From Phallusia mammillata (taxonomy: Eukaryota), in NCBI GenBank assembly GCA_965637545.1, contig OZ281494.1, positions 5,518,001 to 5,582,000 of the forward strand: a stretch of 64,000 nucleotides of DNA, given 5' to 3'. Below are positions 25,801 through 38,430 of this stretch, in pieces (position 1 is the stretch's first letter; each line of letters opens with the position of its first letter). Below the pieces are notes generated by a model. The model saw only the letters and a list, made by a program, of their open reading frames with translations. It ran no database searches and was not told where the DNA came from. The position numbers were made by a program, and so were the translations under genes.

Positions 25801-27589
25801 AACATCGTCAGCAAAACATCGTTTTAATAGTCACACATTTAGAGCAAAAAACTAAACCTCAGTTGTCAAAACATGTCTTTCAAAACTTGTAATTCTAACG
25901 TACTAACATTTCTTCACTTCAACATTGCGTTTGAAAGTGAGATAATAAATTGAAACAGTAATGAGCAAAAACGAAAAATCAATACGTATTAAACTACACT
26001 CGAGCTTTGACACTTTGCAGGGTCAGAAATCCCGATGTGGGAAGCTTTATTATTTGGGGTGCAAATCTTTTGAGCATCGTTTTTGTTGTGCCACAAAAAG
26101 TCTAAGATTAACCAAGTCCATTTGCATGAATCTGTCACCATATGCAGGTTTTCGCGATCGTATCAGCATTCCAGTAGAGAAAACCTGCGACCTCGTGTCC
26201 GACTGTGTAAACTCGACTGATGAAGTGAACTGCTCGACCACCTCACACTTCTACTGCGGCAACAAAAAACCTCTGTTTGTTCCAACGACCAAAGTCCTCG
26301 ACGGTGTTTCTGACTGCAGCGATTCCTCGGACGAATGTCCTCCAAACTACTTGCAAAACGACGCACTTGCATCCAACGAACAAATGATAAAAGTCCGCGC
26401 CCTGGAGATCCTCGTCTGGTTCATGGCTGTCTTCGCGTTGTTTGGCAACCTGGCAGTCATAATGAAGACGGCACTTTACTTTCATCGGTTGACTAGCGAT
26501 AAAACACGTGTCAAGTTGGGATTAATAAATCGTGTATTGATATTTAATCTTGCGGTGTCGGATTTGCTGATGGGGATTGTTCTGCTCGTGATCGGGATTA
26601 AAGCGGTTGAGTTTTCAGGCATCTACTGTCTGTTTGATAAAGCATGGAGATCAAGCGACTTGTGCAACGCCGTTGGTGTCATGACTGTAGTTTCAAGTGA
26701 AACATCGGTCCTTACCCTGGTTTGTATCACTTCATATCGACTCTACAGCGTCTTCAATCCCTTCAACTCGCGGAGCGTCAGAGCACGAATCGTTATGATG
26801 TGGATCTGCCTCATCTGGCTCATTTCCTTTTTCATCGCTTTGCTTCCACTCTCCCGCTTCCTCTCATCCGATATGATCACAAGCGCTCAAATCACACCAA
26901 GTCCTTATTTTCACACTGACAAAGTTTCACTCGCTGACGTCAGGCAGTTCGCGTTACGCATCGGTGCCCTCGAAAACAAATCTCAACCACAAGTGACGTC
27001 ATATGACTGGGTTGACCTTGCCGAGTATTTAAGGTCAAGTCACAGCTATGTGGTGCCCATGTGGGACAATTATTTCGGTTATTACAGCAGCAGTAGTGTT
27101 TGCATTCCTCGCCTGTTTCGCATCAGCAAAGAGGATACAAGCGTCAATGTGATGTCATCAATCGTGATTACGTTTAACTTCGTCGCACTTTTGTACATCG
27201 CCACCGCGTATGTGATGATTTATATAAAATCCCGCGAAAGAGGGTTGGTGAAAGCGAAGAACCATCAGATCAAGAGCATGCAGAAGAAAATCGCGGTTCT
27301 CATAGCAACCGACTTTTGTTGTTGGTTGCCGATTTGCATCATGACTTTCATGAGCATGTCAGGTCACATTTTGACCCCAGACTCCTACACAGTTTCAGCG
27401 ATCGTCCTTCTTCCCATCAACAGCTCACTTAACCCGATAATCTACACCAACCTCCCACAAACCATCTATATGAATGTAAAGAAATTAATAGATCGTGTCA
27501 GTTTGCCTAGAAGGATGAACTCTAATTTAGTTGCTTATAGCGAAGGGCAACCATGCGCTACGGGAAATTCAAAAAGCTCGAAGGTCTGA
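22883..27589 (+). CDS. LDLa-repeat rhodopsin-family GPCR, copy B
   Basis: Paralog of 5140-9867 at an offset of about 17.74 kb with the same splice sites; ORFs 23731-25038 and 25961-27589 are open. Confidence 0.9.
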
Positions 27590-28356
27590 TTTAGACAGCA
27601 CGATCAACACAAAACATCACGCAGAACGTCCTCTCATCCAACTGTATGTCGATGATAGTTAAATAAACTTCCAAAATTAGTCAGCATGCAAAAAAATCCT
27701 TTCTTCTTCTCCTGTTGTGTAGTTAATTTGAAACAATGTCACACCAATCGGCACTTTGTTGTCGTTTTCAAACATCAAACATAATACCATGTTCACAATA
27801 TTTTGAATGGCCGCTTGTTAATAAATGTGTGTGGGGTGTTCTTACGAGATGGGTTGATTTGAAAGTTAATTTACTCTGAGTGTACGGTATTATTTCAAAC
27901 ACAGCTTAAAAAATACTAATAGATAAAAGTTAAATGTTTAGTACAGAAGAAAAGTAGGCCCAATAACAAAATCTCGAAATTAAGGTAGAACGTGACACAG
28001 CTGCAGTTTTGCAAACCGTGTTTAAAATTTACTTTGATGCATTAAAAAATTAAACACATTGAAGAGCATGGCAAATTATTTTAAACGCGAAAGCTTTTTT
28101 TTAAAACTAAAGTACACACACTGGGTTGTTTTAACATTCACAGTCACAGCATGCGGAATTAGCCAGCCAAACTAGAACAGTTTTAAAATTGATATGAGAC
28201 TTCACAAGGATAGCATCAATCAATAATCTTGATAACTTCCTAATAGGTAACAGCACACTGCACTTTCATGGCAAACGCAAGTATAGAGGTAAATGTTCTG
28301 TCAAACATATTTTTTGTCATCAGTAGCGAGGAATTAAATGCCAACATAAAATAATT

Positions 28357-28985
28357 AATTGTGATTACGTTTAACTTTGTCACACTTTTGTACATCGCCA
28401 CCGCGTATGTGATGATTTACATGAAATCCCACAAATGAGCGTAGGTGAAAGCGAAGAACCATCAGATCAAGAGCATGCAGAAGAAAATCACGGTTCTCAT
28501 AGCAACTGACTTCTGTTGTTGGTTTCCGATTTGCATCATGACTTTCATGAGCATGTCAGGTCACATTTTGACCCCAGACGCATACGCAGTTTCAGCGATC
28601 GTCCTTCTCCCCATCAACAACTCACTTAATCCAATAATCTACATTAACATCCCACATACCATCTACACGAATAGAAGGAATATAAAGTTGGCTAAATCAA
28701 GTTTCGCGTATCGCAGTTATTCCCGGCTCCTTATTTCATACGGTTATTTGAAATACAGGAACCTCAAAAAATTGATCCAGCTTTGCCAGGTTGCTGCAAA
28801 CTATTTATCTCATTGATAGGGTGCCGTAAGATCAAAAAGGTAGGGAACCACTGATCTACACCAATATCCCACAGACCATCTACGAAAAGATAAAGAAATT
28901 GAAAGATCGTTCCAGTTTGCACACAAGAAAGAATTTAATTGCTTCTAGCGAGTAACCATGCACTGTGGGAAATTCAAGTCTTTTT
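28357..28985 (+). pseudogene. Truncated TM5-TM7 fragment of the LDLa-GPCR, second copy
   Basis: Paralog of 10635-11285, with an in-frame stop at about 28436. Confidence 0.85.
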
Positions 28986-29217
28986 TAAACAGCCCTTCCC
29001 CTCTATTCTGTTTTACGACAGAAAAGATTTACAAACATGTGTAGAGATTTGAAATGTTAATTTTTAGCGTTACGTGCAACTGGCTTACCTGTTCGTTCAT
29101 TTTCCATTTGTGTACATTTGTAAATGCTGCTTCTACCGAGCCCACAAAAACATGGCCAGTCGAAACCGGTATTGAACAGGTTTGAGTTTCTGGATTGTGT
29201 GATTTTACCACTAGGTC

Positions 29218-29381
29218 TTGTATTTTTCATTGTATTTTTCGACAATCAGGCGGCAGTCCGAGAACTGAAAATTGTCCTTTGTCGTTCACGGGGTTCGAAC
29301 CCAGGATACTCCCGGGGACGAATCCCGATCAGGTTTTGTATATGGATCAGGCGCGCCAGGCCATTCGGCCAAGTTCCCGCC
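29218..29381 (-). mobile_element. tRNA-derived SINE (164 bp)
   Basis: Absent from the paralogous site near 11500; 12-bp TSD TACCACTAGGTC (29206-29217, 29382-29393); A box TGGCCGAATGG, B box GGTTCGAACC, tail (GAAAAATACAA)2. Confidence 0.85.
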
Positions 29382-29467
29382 TACCACTAGGTCCAGTTAT
29401 AATAAGTGTATGAACTATAATATTTGTATGAGTAAAAGAAACAGCCTAAAAGTTTTAAGTAGTTAAA

Positions 29468-30129
29468 ACGTGAGCTGTTTTAAGCTGTTGTTTCGTTGTC
29501 TGGACACTTCTCTCAGCCAGTCCGTTAGATCGTGGATAATGTGGACTCGAGGTTAAATGAACAAAACTCCATTCTTCGGCGAATTTTGCAAACTCCTCAC
29601 TAGAAAACTGAGGACCGTTATCACTAACAACAGTTTCGGGAATTCCAAACCTGGAAAAAATAGTTTACAAACCATTTATAACAGACGCCGCAGAAGTTGT
29701 AGTCAACGGGGTTACTTCTGGATATCCGGAGTAGTAGTCCACTGTTACCAAAAACAATTTTCGGTTCCAATAGAACAGGTCAGTTGCCACTTTCTGAAAC
29801 GGATACAAAGGAGCTTGGTGAGGTTCTAACGGTTGGCGTTGTTGCTGTGACCTAAATTTTGCACAAATGGCACAGGAAGAAACCAAACCAGATATGTCGT
29901 TGGATAACCCAGGCCAATATATACTTTCCCGAGCTCTTCCTTTGCATTTTACTTATCTCCGAATGGAGGCGTGGGTTCGAATCCCACTTCTGACACCATG
30001 TCATGAACGCACACACCTTTAAGCGATTACCTGTATTGACTGCCACGTTTAAGACGCGGTACACGGTCATATACGAAACGTGACGTCATAACTCAGGGAC
30101 GACATCTGGCGATAAATACATACATCACA
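29468..30129 (-). mobile_element. Truncated Ty3/Gypsy (Mag-like) element: 131-bp LTR, extended tRNA-Leu PBS, integrase fragment
   Basis: Absent from the paralog near 11580. LTR-like TGT..ACA at 29999-30129, PBS TGGTGTCAGAAGTGGG, integrase ARESIYWPGL..CAIC..PFQKVATDLF..VDYYS..SDNGPQF..SNGLAERSV with a stop. Confidence 0.85.
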
Positions 30130-31035
30130 GGCTACAGATGGCATAAGAATTATAAAACTAACTTTGTGTACAAATTCAGAAATTCTAAAACATACGGTGT
30201 TTCCTGCTACGATAAATATAATTGAAAAAAACATTACCATCATTATTATAAAAAAAATACGCTGCAATCTTAAAGGTATAGTCACTCCGTGGAGTCCACA
30301 GCAAGGGACCAGAAGTATAAGTAATTAAATATAGAAACCGCCGCACTAAGCAGGAGTAGCAAACACAACCTGCGTATGGACAATACAAAACTTGTGGTCT
30401 TAGGACCATAGAACATATTCATTTGTCGAACTCTATTTTAAGTTTTGGAAGCGTGACTTCGCCAAAACATGTAAAACGTATGTTGCTTTTGAAGCTGTTG
30501 TTTTTTAATTAAGACCGCGAATTTAATGCTCTACAAATCCACTTTGCCATTTCGCATCTAAGTAGTCTTTGATACTCTATGGAATCAAAACGACGTAAAT
30601 AATCGTCAACTGTCATGAACTACCTCTTATCGTGCACTGCATCATCCTGTCGCAATGCACGAAATACCGAGCCTGTTCCGCTTAAATTAAACTGGTTATA
30701 AGTGCGATAATAGATTAAGCTGTATATAGAATGATATTTAGCTGTGTCTGTTATCTGGCAAAGAATAATTCCTTATTGTTTGTGCGAGTGTTAGTTGTGT
30801 TAAATGTTGTCTCTGATTGATTATACAAGTTAGTCAGTTGGGTTTTAGTGTTTGTCTGTAGTTTTTTGTTACATTTCAGTAAATGTTGTGATGGTGAGAT
30901 AATGGTGATTAGGCATTGCGGTTGTATCAATACGTACATGAAGTTGACACGAACATTCTTTGCATATAAACAAAACAGCTAGTATTTCTAAATATAGTGA
31001 GCATTAAATCAAAATCAACTGTGATTGTAACAAGG

Positions 31036-34000
31036 ATGGATCGACGATTTTGGGTTTGCTGTGTTATTTTGTGTCTCTCCATCATCAAAGGCTCTTCTGC
31101 TCAATGTTTGTTGCAACACAGTTTTGTTGTTTTCTGGATTACGAAACTATCAACTATACTGCAACCCTTAATTTGGTTTAAATCTGCCTTGACAATCAAT
31201 AAATAACTAAAGATAAAATAAAACGTTTGTTTTCGACACGTCAGCGTAATAAAATAACTCCGAATTTTCCAACTTCAATAGTTTTTTTCAACCAAGGAAG
31301 TTGGACTGTGACCTGTTTATCTGGTTCCACGACATCAGTGATTGCATCAATTCAATCACCCCGATCCTGTGGTAATAATACTTTGAAACTTTTTGATGGA
31401 AGTAAGTTATGTGTATCCGAAAATTACGTGGCGTACCTAGATCAAATTTATTCAGACGACGTCCTATCCAAACCCATTGTTACGGGATAGGAAATGACAA
31501 AGTGAATCAACAAAGTACTGCGTATTCCTGTATTATTATTTAAAAAGTCAAAAGAGGGTGTTTGTTGTTTATACTTGACCATAAACTAATTCGTGACATT
31601 AACACTGTAGAAAAACATTTGCAAAATGTAACACTCAAAATTTGTAATAGACGTATTGGTAGCTGTTGTTCGGAATTAGGCCTATCACTAATTTTCGAAA
31701 ATAAGTAAACATAAATGTAAGGTTATTTTTACTACTTGCACCCTAAAATTCTTAAAAGTCGACAATTTGCTATATGCATTACGATGGAAATTTGTTTTTC
31801 AGATCGGGCAAATCAGTCAGCTATAATGTTTGGAGGTAAAATAATATTTAAAAATGGTGGCATTTTGAGTGTTTAACTAAGAATGGAAAGTTTTTTCCTA
31901 GTAACGAAATCTGACGATAAATATCTTGGAATATTTATGTTTCGCAAAATGACATCTTCAGTTCCCATAAAAACCACAAGATGAAACATAAATAAACTCT
32001 TTTGTGCCCAAACCTTTACCGTATGCGCCTGACAAAGATAGGACGTGTTGGGTCAGCTTGTCAAAAGTTTCTTGTCAAACTAATTGGAAAGGAAAGTGGC
32101 AGTGTTGTTTTGTTCAAGTCGACGATTTGCTAGAAAGTGTGATTTCGTAATCATGCATTAAGATGAAACTTGTTTTTCAGGTCAGACAAATGAAGCTATA
32201 ATGTTTAAAGATCATGGTAAGTTATTTGAAAAATCATGGGACATTTTGAGTTTAGAATATTGAATTTATAATTTTCCAAATGTTGGTTATGTGAATTTTT
32301 CGTGAATAATCGCTGTTTCAAATAAGATTGTATTTTGAACTGTGTTATTTACCTATGTATAATTTATTACTTCAATAAGATTGATTTTGGATTGCAGGAA
32401 GCATCGTCGGATGCTGCTACCTATATTGGAAGGGTGTTTGCCACGAAGCAACATTCTATCGTTTGGGTGGGCGTGCCAAAAGAATACTGTATTTTTTCAT
32501 TTGATTATTATTACAAAATATTATGGCGTGATACATATCTTTTAATAAACAATACAAAAATAGCCTTAACCTAACATTATAGTTTATTATTACAGAAATT
32601 ATTTGCAGATATACGTTAGTGTACCACCACAGGTAACGAATAGATTACAAACCTCATGTGTGGTGTTTTTAGCGTTTGCCGGGTCTAGCAGATGCAAAAT
32701 CAAAAACATTGAAAATTGGAACCAAGTGAACCATAACCTTTACCACAGGTTTAAAGTCGATGCCATACTTAAGAACGGAAATAGTAAGTATACTTGTTAC
32801 TGTTTATGCAACAACTTTTTCTAATTTGACCAATCGAACAGTTGGTCAAGCAAAAATGTTTCACGGCTAAACCTTCTCACATAAATGCTTCTAAAACAAT
32901 CAATGGAAAGTAAGTGTCACCCGCACTGAATTGAACCAAAAATACAAAAAAAGAAAATTTGAAGCAGTATAAGAAAGTGCGTTAGTGTCCAGGTTAGAAG
33001 ATTTTTAATCACCGTTTTTCACTGACAATTTGTTTGGTTACAGCTTCAATAGAATTTACTGTGCTACCATGCAATGATACAGGTATGTAATAAATGCGTA
33101 AAAAAGCCGATTTTGTTGACGCCCATAGCACCACACTGTAAGTTATGGCCACTAAAAAGGTTTTCACTTGCACATGCGACAATAATTTCAATGTCTATTC
33201 GCACAATATTGTGTAAATCGTGAAGAACTCCTAAACAAATCCATTAATTAACGTCATGCCTATTACTAATCAACGCCTGACAATTTTTTTTTTTTGCTAC
33301 AAAAAACAAATATTTTTGCTATGTAACTTAGTATTTGTGTATGTCATGTGACAAGCAATTCTTAATTTCCAGCAGCCTGCACAAAGAAAACCACAACCAT
33401 GACCCCGACTACTGCTGACAATGTTACCACCATTCCAGACAAACAAAATGGTAAACAAAACAAGAAACACAAGAATAACCAAATTACAAAGGGTTTTATT
33501 ACACAGTATTTAACTAAACACACCAACTCTCATTGCAAACATAATTGATGCATACTGCTTTAATCATTCAGCAACCACTTTAGACAAAACCACCATCCAG
33601 ACCCCAACTTCCGCTGACAATGTTTCGACCACGACAGACAAACTAACTAGTAAGAAATAATAACAATTCGAAAATAAGTAAAGTTTTAATATTATTGTGT
33701 TAAACCAGTGGTTCCCAACCTTTTTTGTTACATTCCTCCCTTCGCCCATTTTCGAACTATTCATTCCTCCCCATATGACGAAAACATATATAGCATGAAA
33801 AATTATAGCAATTTAAAATATCTTCAAATTAATTTCACATTATAATCTCTGAAATATGTTGTAATGTGGCCGTACGGCAGGGGTGGGCAACCTTTGTTAC
33901 TGTAGGGCCAATTATAAATGTCAAAACTGCGTCGCGGGCCGCATCTGTGTATAACACAAAGTGATTTTGCTTGGTTTCTTACCAAATATGCTTAACTACA

Positions 34001-36998
34001 AGTATAATTCGTATTTGATTCTAGCCATATTTTGCCAGGTCTCAAAAAACTAGCATCAGGCGCATTAATCAGCTCAAAAATATGTAATAATTGGACTCGT
34101 TTGCCAGTACTTTTCAAATCCAAGCGTCTCTGCGGGCCGCACAACCGTTAATAAAGAGCCGCATGCGGCCCGCGGGCCGCAGATTGCCCACCCCTGCCGT
34201 ACGGCCTCAGGAACAGACAGATTGTCAAAAAACAAAAACGTTGAAACAATGGACTTTGTTACGACAATAATCAATTAATTTCAGCGCCTGAAACGTAACA
34301 TGCGGCCGTATATACAAGTAGACCTTATAATTAGGGATGTCTGTTTCAGAATCCTTGGCAACCGGTTCAAAATGTGAACTGCATACAAATTATAATGGAC
34401 ATTTCTAATGTATATGCAAAATTATTCTGAAACATTTCCAATATAATTTTTTTACATTTTTATGAAATTCATCCCCTGAAATCATAAAATTCCTCCCTAG
34501 GGAGGAATTCCTCCCCGGTTGGGAACCACTGTGTTAAACCAAACTCAGTCTCACTAATTTTACACACAGTCTATACACATTTTGCTATTTTCCAGCAAAC
34601 AGTTCGGACAAACCCACCATCAAGGCCCCGACCACGACTGACAAGCTGTCAACCACGAAAGAAAGACAAAGTACGGTAGTAAGAAAATAATATTATTTCG
34701 TTAATTAATAATGTTTTTAAATCACAATGTTTAAACAAACACGGTATCTTTACACAATCTATGCATATTGTTGTTAACTTCCAGCAAGCAATTTGGACAG
34801 AACCACCATCAAGAACCCGACTACTACTGAAAAGGTTTCAACCGTGACAGAAGAACCAAGCGGTAAACAAAACAACTTCGGAAATAACTAGGATTATTAA
34901 GTTTCAATTGCTATCTTACTAAACCAGAGTATATTTAAAGGCAGATAGTAGTAGTACTTTCGTGACAGAAAGTTTCTGCGCCCAAATAGCATTAAAATAT
35001 TCTCAATGTTTAAATGTTATTTTGTCAAGTGCCCATGACTTTATCGAAGGAAGTTATAATCGGACTGGGACGTATTTTCAGAATTTTCTTGCTCCAATTC
35101 TGACTTTTGCTAATGTAAAACACGTCTACATTTATACAATGTGTAACTTTGTAGATCGTAAGGCCCCACTAGAAACTGAAGTTCATAACCTGAATCCAGC
35201 TAATCCGAATGATTTAGAAGAGATTGAAAGTTTGCTAGAGAACTTTGCAAGGAACATAACCGAAGCACAAAATATCACTGAAGACCACAGCAACGGTCAT
35301 TTACACATCGAACTTGTCAAACAAAATAAGAGTAAATACAATGCTAACCTGATGCTTGGATCCACGCACATCGACTTCACGTTACAAACAAAAGGAGTTA
35401 GACAACTCGTGGTTGCTGTGTTTGTCTTTAAGATAAATACGACAAAAACTGTACAAACTCAACTGGCCGAATCCGGTTTTCTCACCTTAACCCGGTACAT
35501 AACAACATTGAACACAACCTATATCGCTATTGTTGGGTGGAATGTCAACAATTTTTCGATTCCACTGCGAGATGAAGAAGAAAACGAACAACTTCCTGGA
35601 AGGGCAAGCTTCGTCGGACCTTCGACTTCACCAGAATCCGTCTGCAAGGAGATCGAAGAAGAAGAAAAGAAAAACAAAAGGAACCTGAAGATCAACAAAC
35701 TGGAACCAATCTGTCTCTTCTATGACAGAGTAGAAAGAAAGTATTCTGATCGTGGTTGCGTCACAATGACTGATGACGTAACAGGCAACGTCATGTGCAA
35801 GTGCAATCATCTCACCCTTTTCACCGTTTTATTTGCGGTCCAATCTACCAATATACCCTTTGGCATCAAGGTAAACATACAAATGTTACATTCTTACATA
35901 GCCGCTAACACCCCAGATATTGTTTTAGGTCACATCTTATACCACAGAATTAGCTTCAATCATGTTTCTGGTCGCCACCATAATAATCCTCTACAGATCG
36001 AAACACAGCGGAGATCGGGTTCCGGTTCAAATCAGCTTGTCACTGGCACTTCTGCTTTTCCATGTTGTCAACATATCACATGACCTTGCAGTCATGCATG
36101 AGGTTCCATGTGCAATTCACACAGCAACCAACCAATACCTTTTGCTGTGCAAAGGTGCAAAACAACTTGCAGTGTAAACTAGTCAGAAATACTACAACGT
36201 TACGGAGAGCGATGAAATTTTCTTTAAAGGAACTAGGATCATCTATTCTAACCATTGAAATGTATGTTTTTAGGAATGTGGTTTCTGGTCGAAGGAATTC
36301 GTCTTTTCATTGCAACATCGTTTCCAGTCGAGTTCCGAACTCAGAATTCGTCAAACCGTCTCAAAGTCTTCATGTTGATCGGTTGGATCATTCCCGCTGT
36401 TATAGTGGGAATATCCATTGCCGTGGGGTTTTCCCTCGGTATATACATGAAGCCCCAACCGTTGTACGAGCAATGTAACCAATATATACAGGTTCTCAAG
36501 TACGACAGATGTTGGTTGGCTCCCGGTACACCAGTCTTCTATGCAGCGGTCGTTGTTCCTCTCGCTTTTGTCCTCCTAACCAACTTGATCATTGTCATGA
36601 AAACCACACACGTGATACTGTACTCGAAAAAGATGCGGAACAGAGGAGAAGATCCAGGGACAGGAGATGCGTTGAGAGCAGCAAAGTCTTTTATCTTGCT
36701 CTCACTTATGCTTGGTGGAACTTGGGTTTTGGCTTTCTTTACAGGTAAAATATGTTTGTGCGTGTGAACTTTATTATCATCAGGTGGTCAAAAATGAACT
36801 TGTTTTTCAGGAGTGGGGAATGAGATTTCGAACGAGGTGTTCATGTACATCCACAGCTTAGTGAATGGTTCGCAGGGAATCGTCGTCTTCCTGTTGTACT
36901 GCGTCATTGATGACGACATTAGACAGGAAATGCTGACGTGTAAGTGTAACGTTGATGTCAGGTTTCAGCAGCAGGCAAATGATGAAAACGCTGAATGA
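31036..36998 (+). CDS. Adhesion-family GPCR B (same 5' exons as A/C, divergent GAIN-7TM with canonical GPS)
   Basis: Same signal peptide and N-terminal exons; four 75-78 nt mucin mini-exons; GAIN exon about 35156-35870 with GCV...CKCNHLTLFTVLF; 7TM motifs WFLVEG, GWIIPAVIV, DRCWL, LGGTW, NGSQGIVVFLLYC. The frame appears intact. Confidence 0.85.
33706..34531. mobile_element. hAT-type MITE in an intron of adhesion GPCR B
   Basis: TIR CAGTGGTTCCCAACC / GGTTGGGAACCACTG; perfect 8-bp TSD TGTTAAAC. Confidence 0.9.
33878..34196. mobile_element. hAT-type MITE nested in the previous MITE
   Basis: TIR CAGGGGTGGGCAA / TTGCCCACCCCTG; perfect 8-bp TSD CCGTACGG. Confidence 0.9.
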
Positions 36999-37696
36999 GT
37001 TGTAAACAAATTTTTAATTAGCTTACAAAAAATCCTTTCTCATCTGGCGCACTTGTTGTGAGGGCAATTTAAAACAATGTCCTACCAATCGGAACTTTAT
37101 TGTCGTTTTCGAACATCAACCATAATACCACGTCCACAATATTTTGAATGGCCGCTTGTTAATAAATGTGTGTGGGGTGTTCTTACGAGATGGGTTGATT
37201 TGAAAGTTAATTTACTCTGAGTGTACGGTATTATTTCAAACACAGCTTCAAAAATACTAATAGATAAAAGTTAAATCTTTAATACAGAAGAAAAGTAGGT
37301 CTAATAGCATAATCTCGAAATTAAGGTAGAACGTGACACAGCTGCAGTTTTGCAAACCGTGGTTAAAATTTACTTTGATGCATCACAAAATTAAACACAT
37401 TGAAGAGCATGGCAAATGATTTTAAACGCGAAAGCTTTTTTTAAAAACTAAAGTACACACACTGGGTTGTTTTAACATTCACAGTCACAGCATGCGGAAT
37501 TAGCCAGCCAAACTAGAAGAGTTTTAAAATTGATATGAGACTTCACATGGATAGCATCAATCAATAACCTTGATAACTTCCTAATAGGTAACAGCACACT
37601 GCACTTTCATGGCAAATGTACGTATAAAGGTAAATGTTCTGTCAAACATATTTTTTGTCATCAGTAGCGAGGAATTAAATGCCAACATAAAATCAT

Positions 37697-38192
37697 TAAT
37701 TGTAATTACGTTTAACTTTGTCGCACTTTTGTACATCGCCACCGCGTATGTGATGATTTACATGAAATCCCACAAATGAGCGTAGGTGAAAGCGAAGAAC
37801 CATCAGATCAAGAGCATGCAGAAGAAAATCACGTTTTTCATAGCAACCGACTTCTGTTGTTGGCTGCCGATTTGCATCATTACTTTCATGAGCATGTCAG
37901 GTCACATTTTGACTCCAGACTCTTACGCAGTTTCAGCGATCGTCCTGCTTCCCATCAAAAACTCACATAATCCAACAATCTACATTAACATCCCACATAC
38001 CATCTGCACGAATATAAGGAATATCAAGTTGGCTAAATTAAGTTTCGCGTCTCGCAGTTATTTTCGACTCCGTATTTCATACAGTTATTTGAAATACAGG
38101 AACCTCAAAAAATTGATCCAGCTTTGTCAGGGTGCCGCAATCTATTTATCTCATTGATAGGGTGCCGCAAGGTCAAAAAGGTAAGGAACCAC
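37697..38192 (+). pseudogene. Truncated TM5-TM7 fragment of the LDLa-GPCR, third copy
   Basis: Paralog of the other two fragments; cut at 38193 by another element. Confidence 0.85.
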
Positions 38193-38430
38193 TACGGTGG
38201 CCCAGAAGTGCAAAACACAAAACTCGTGATACACGCAAAACCTGTGACACACCCCAAAGTCAGAACACAAAAACCATGACACACGCCAAAGTCAGAACAC
38301 AAAAGTCGTGACACACCCCAAAGTCAGAACACAAAAACCATGACACACACCAAAGTCAGAACACAAAAGTCGTGACACACGCAAAAGTGAGAACACAAAA
38401 ACAATGACACACACCGAAGTCAGAACACAT
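38193..38430. repeat. 32-bp minisatellite (about 6-7 units) behind a TACGGTGGCC end; possible DNA-transposon terminus
   Basis: Units like AAAGTCAGAACACAAAAACCATGACACACGCC alternate with an AGTCGTG variant; no unique spacers. Confidence 0.8.

Noticed and set aside
29956-29998. tRNA-Leu gene
   Set aside because: Only the 3' half is present, with encoded CCA and abutting an LTR; it is a reverse-transcribed primer copy.
38193-38430. CRISPR-like array
   Set aside because: Contiguous 32-bp units without unique spacers, no cas genes, eukaryotic context.
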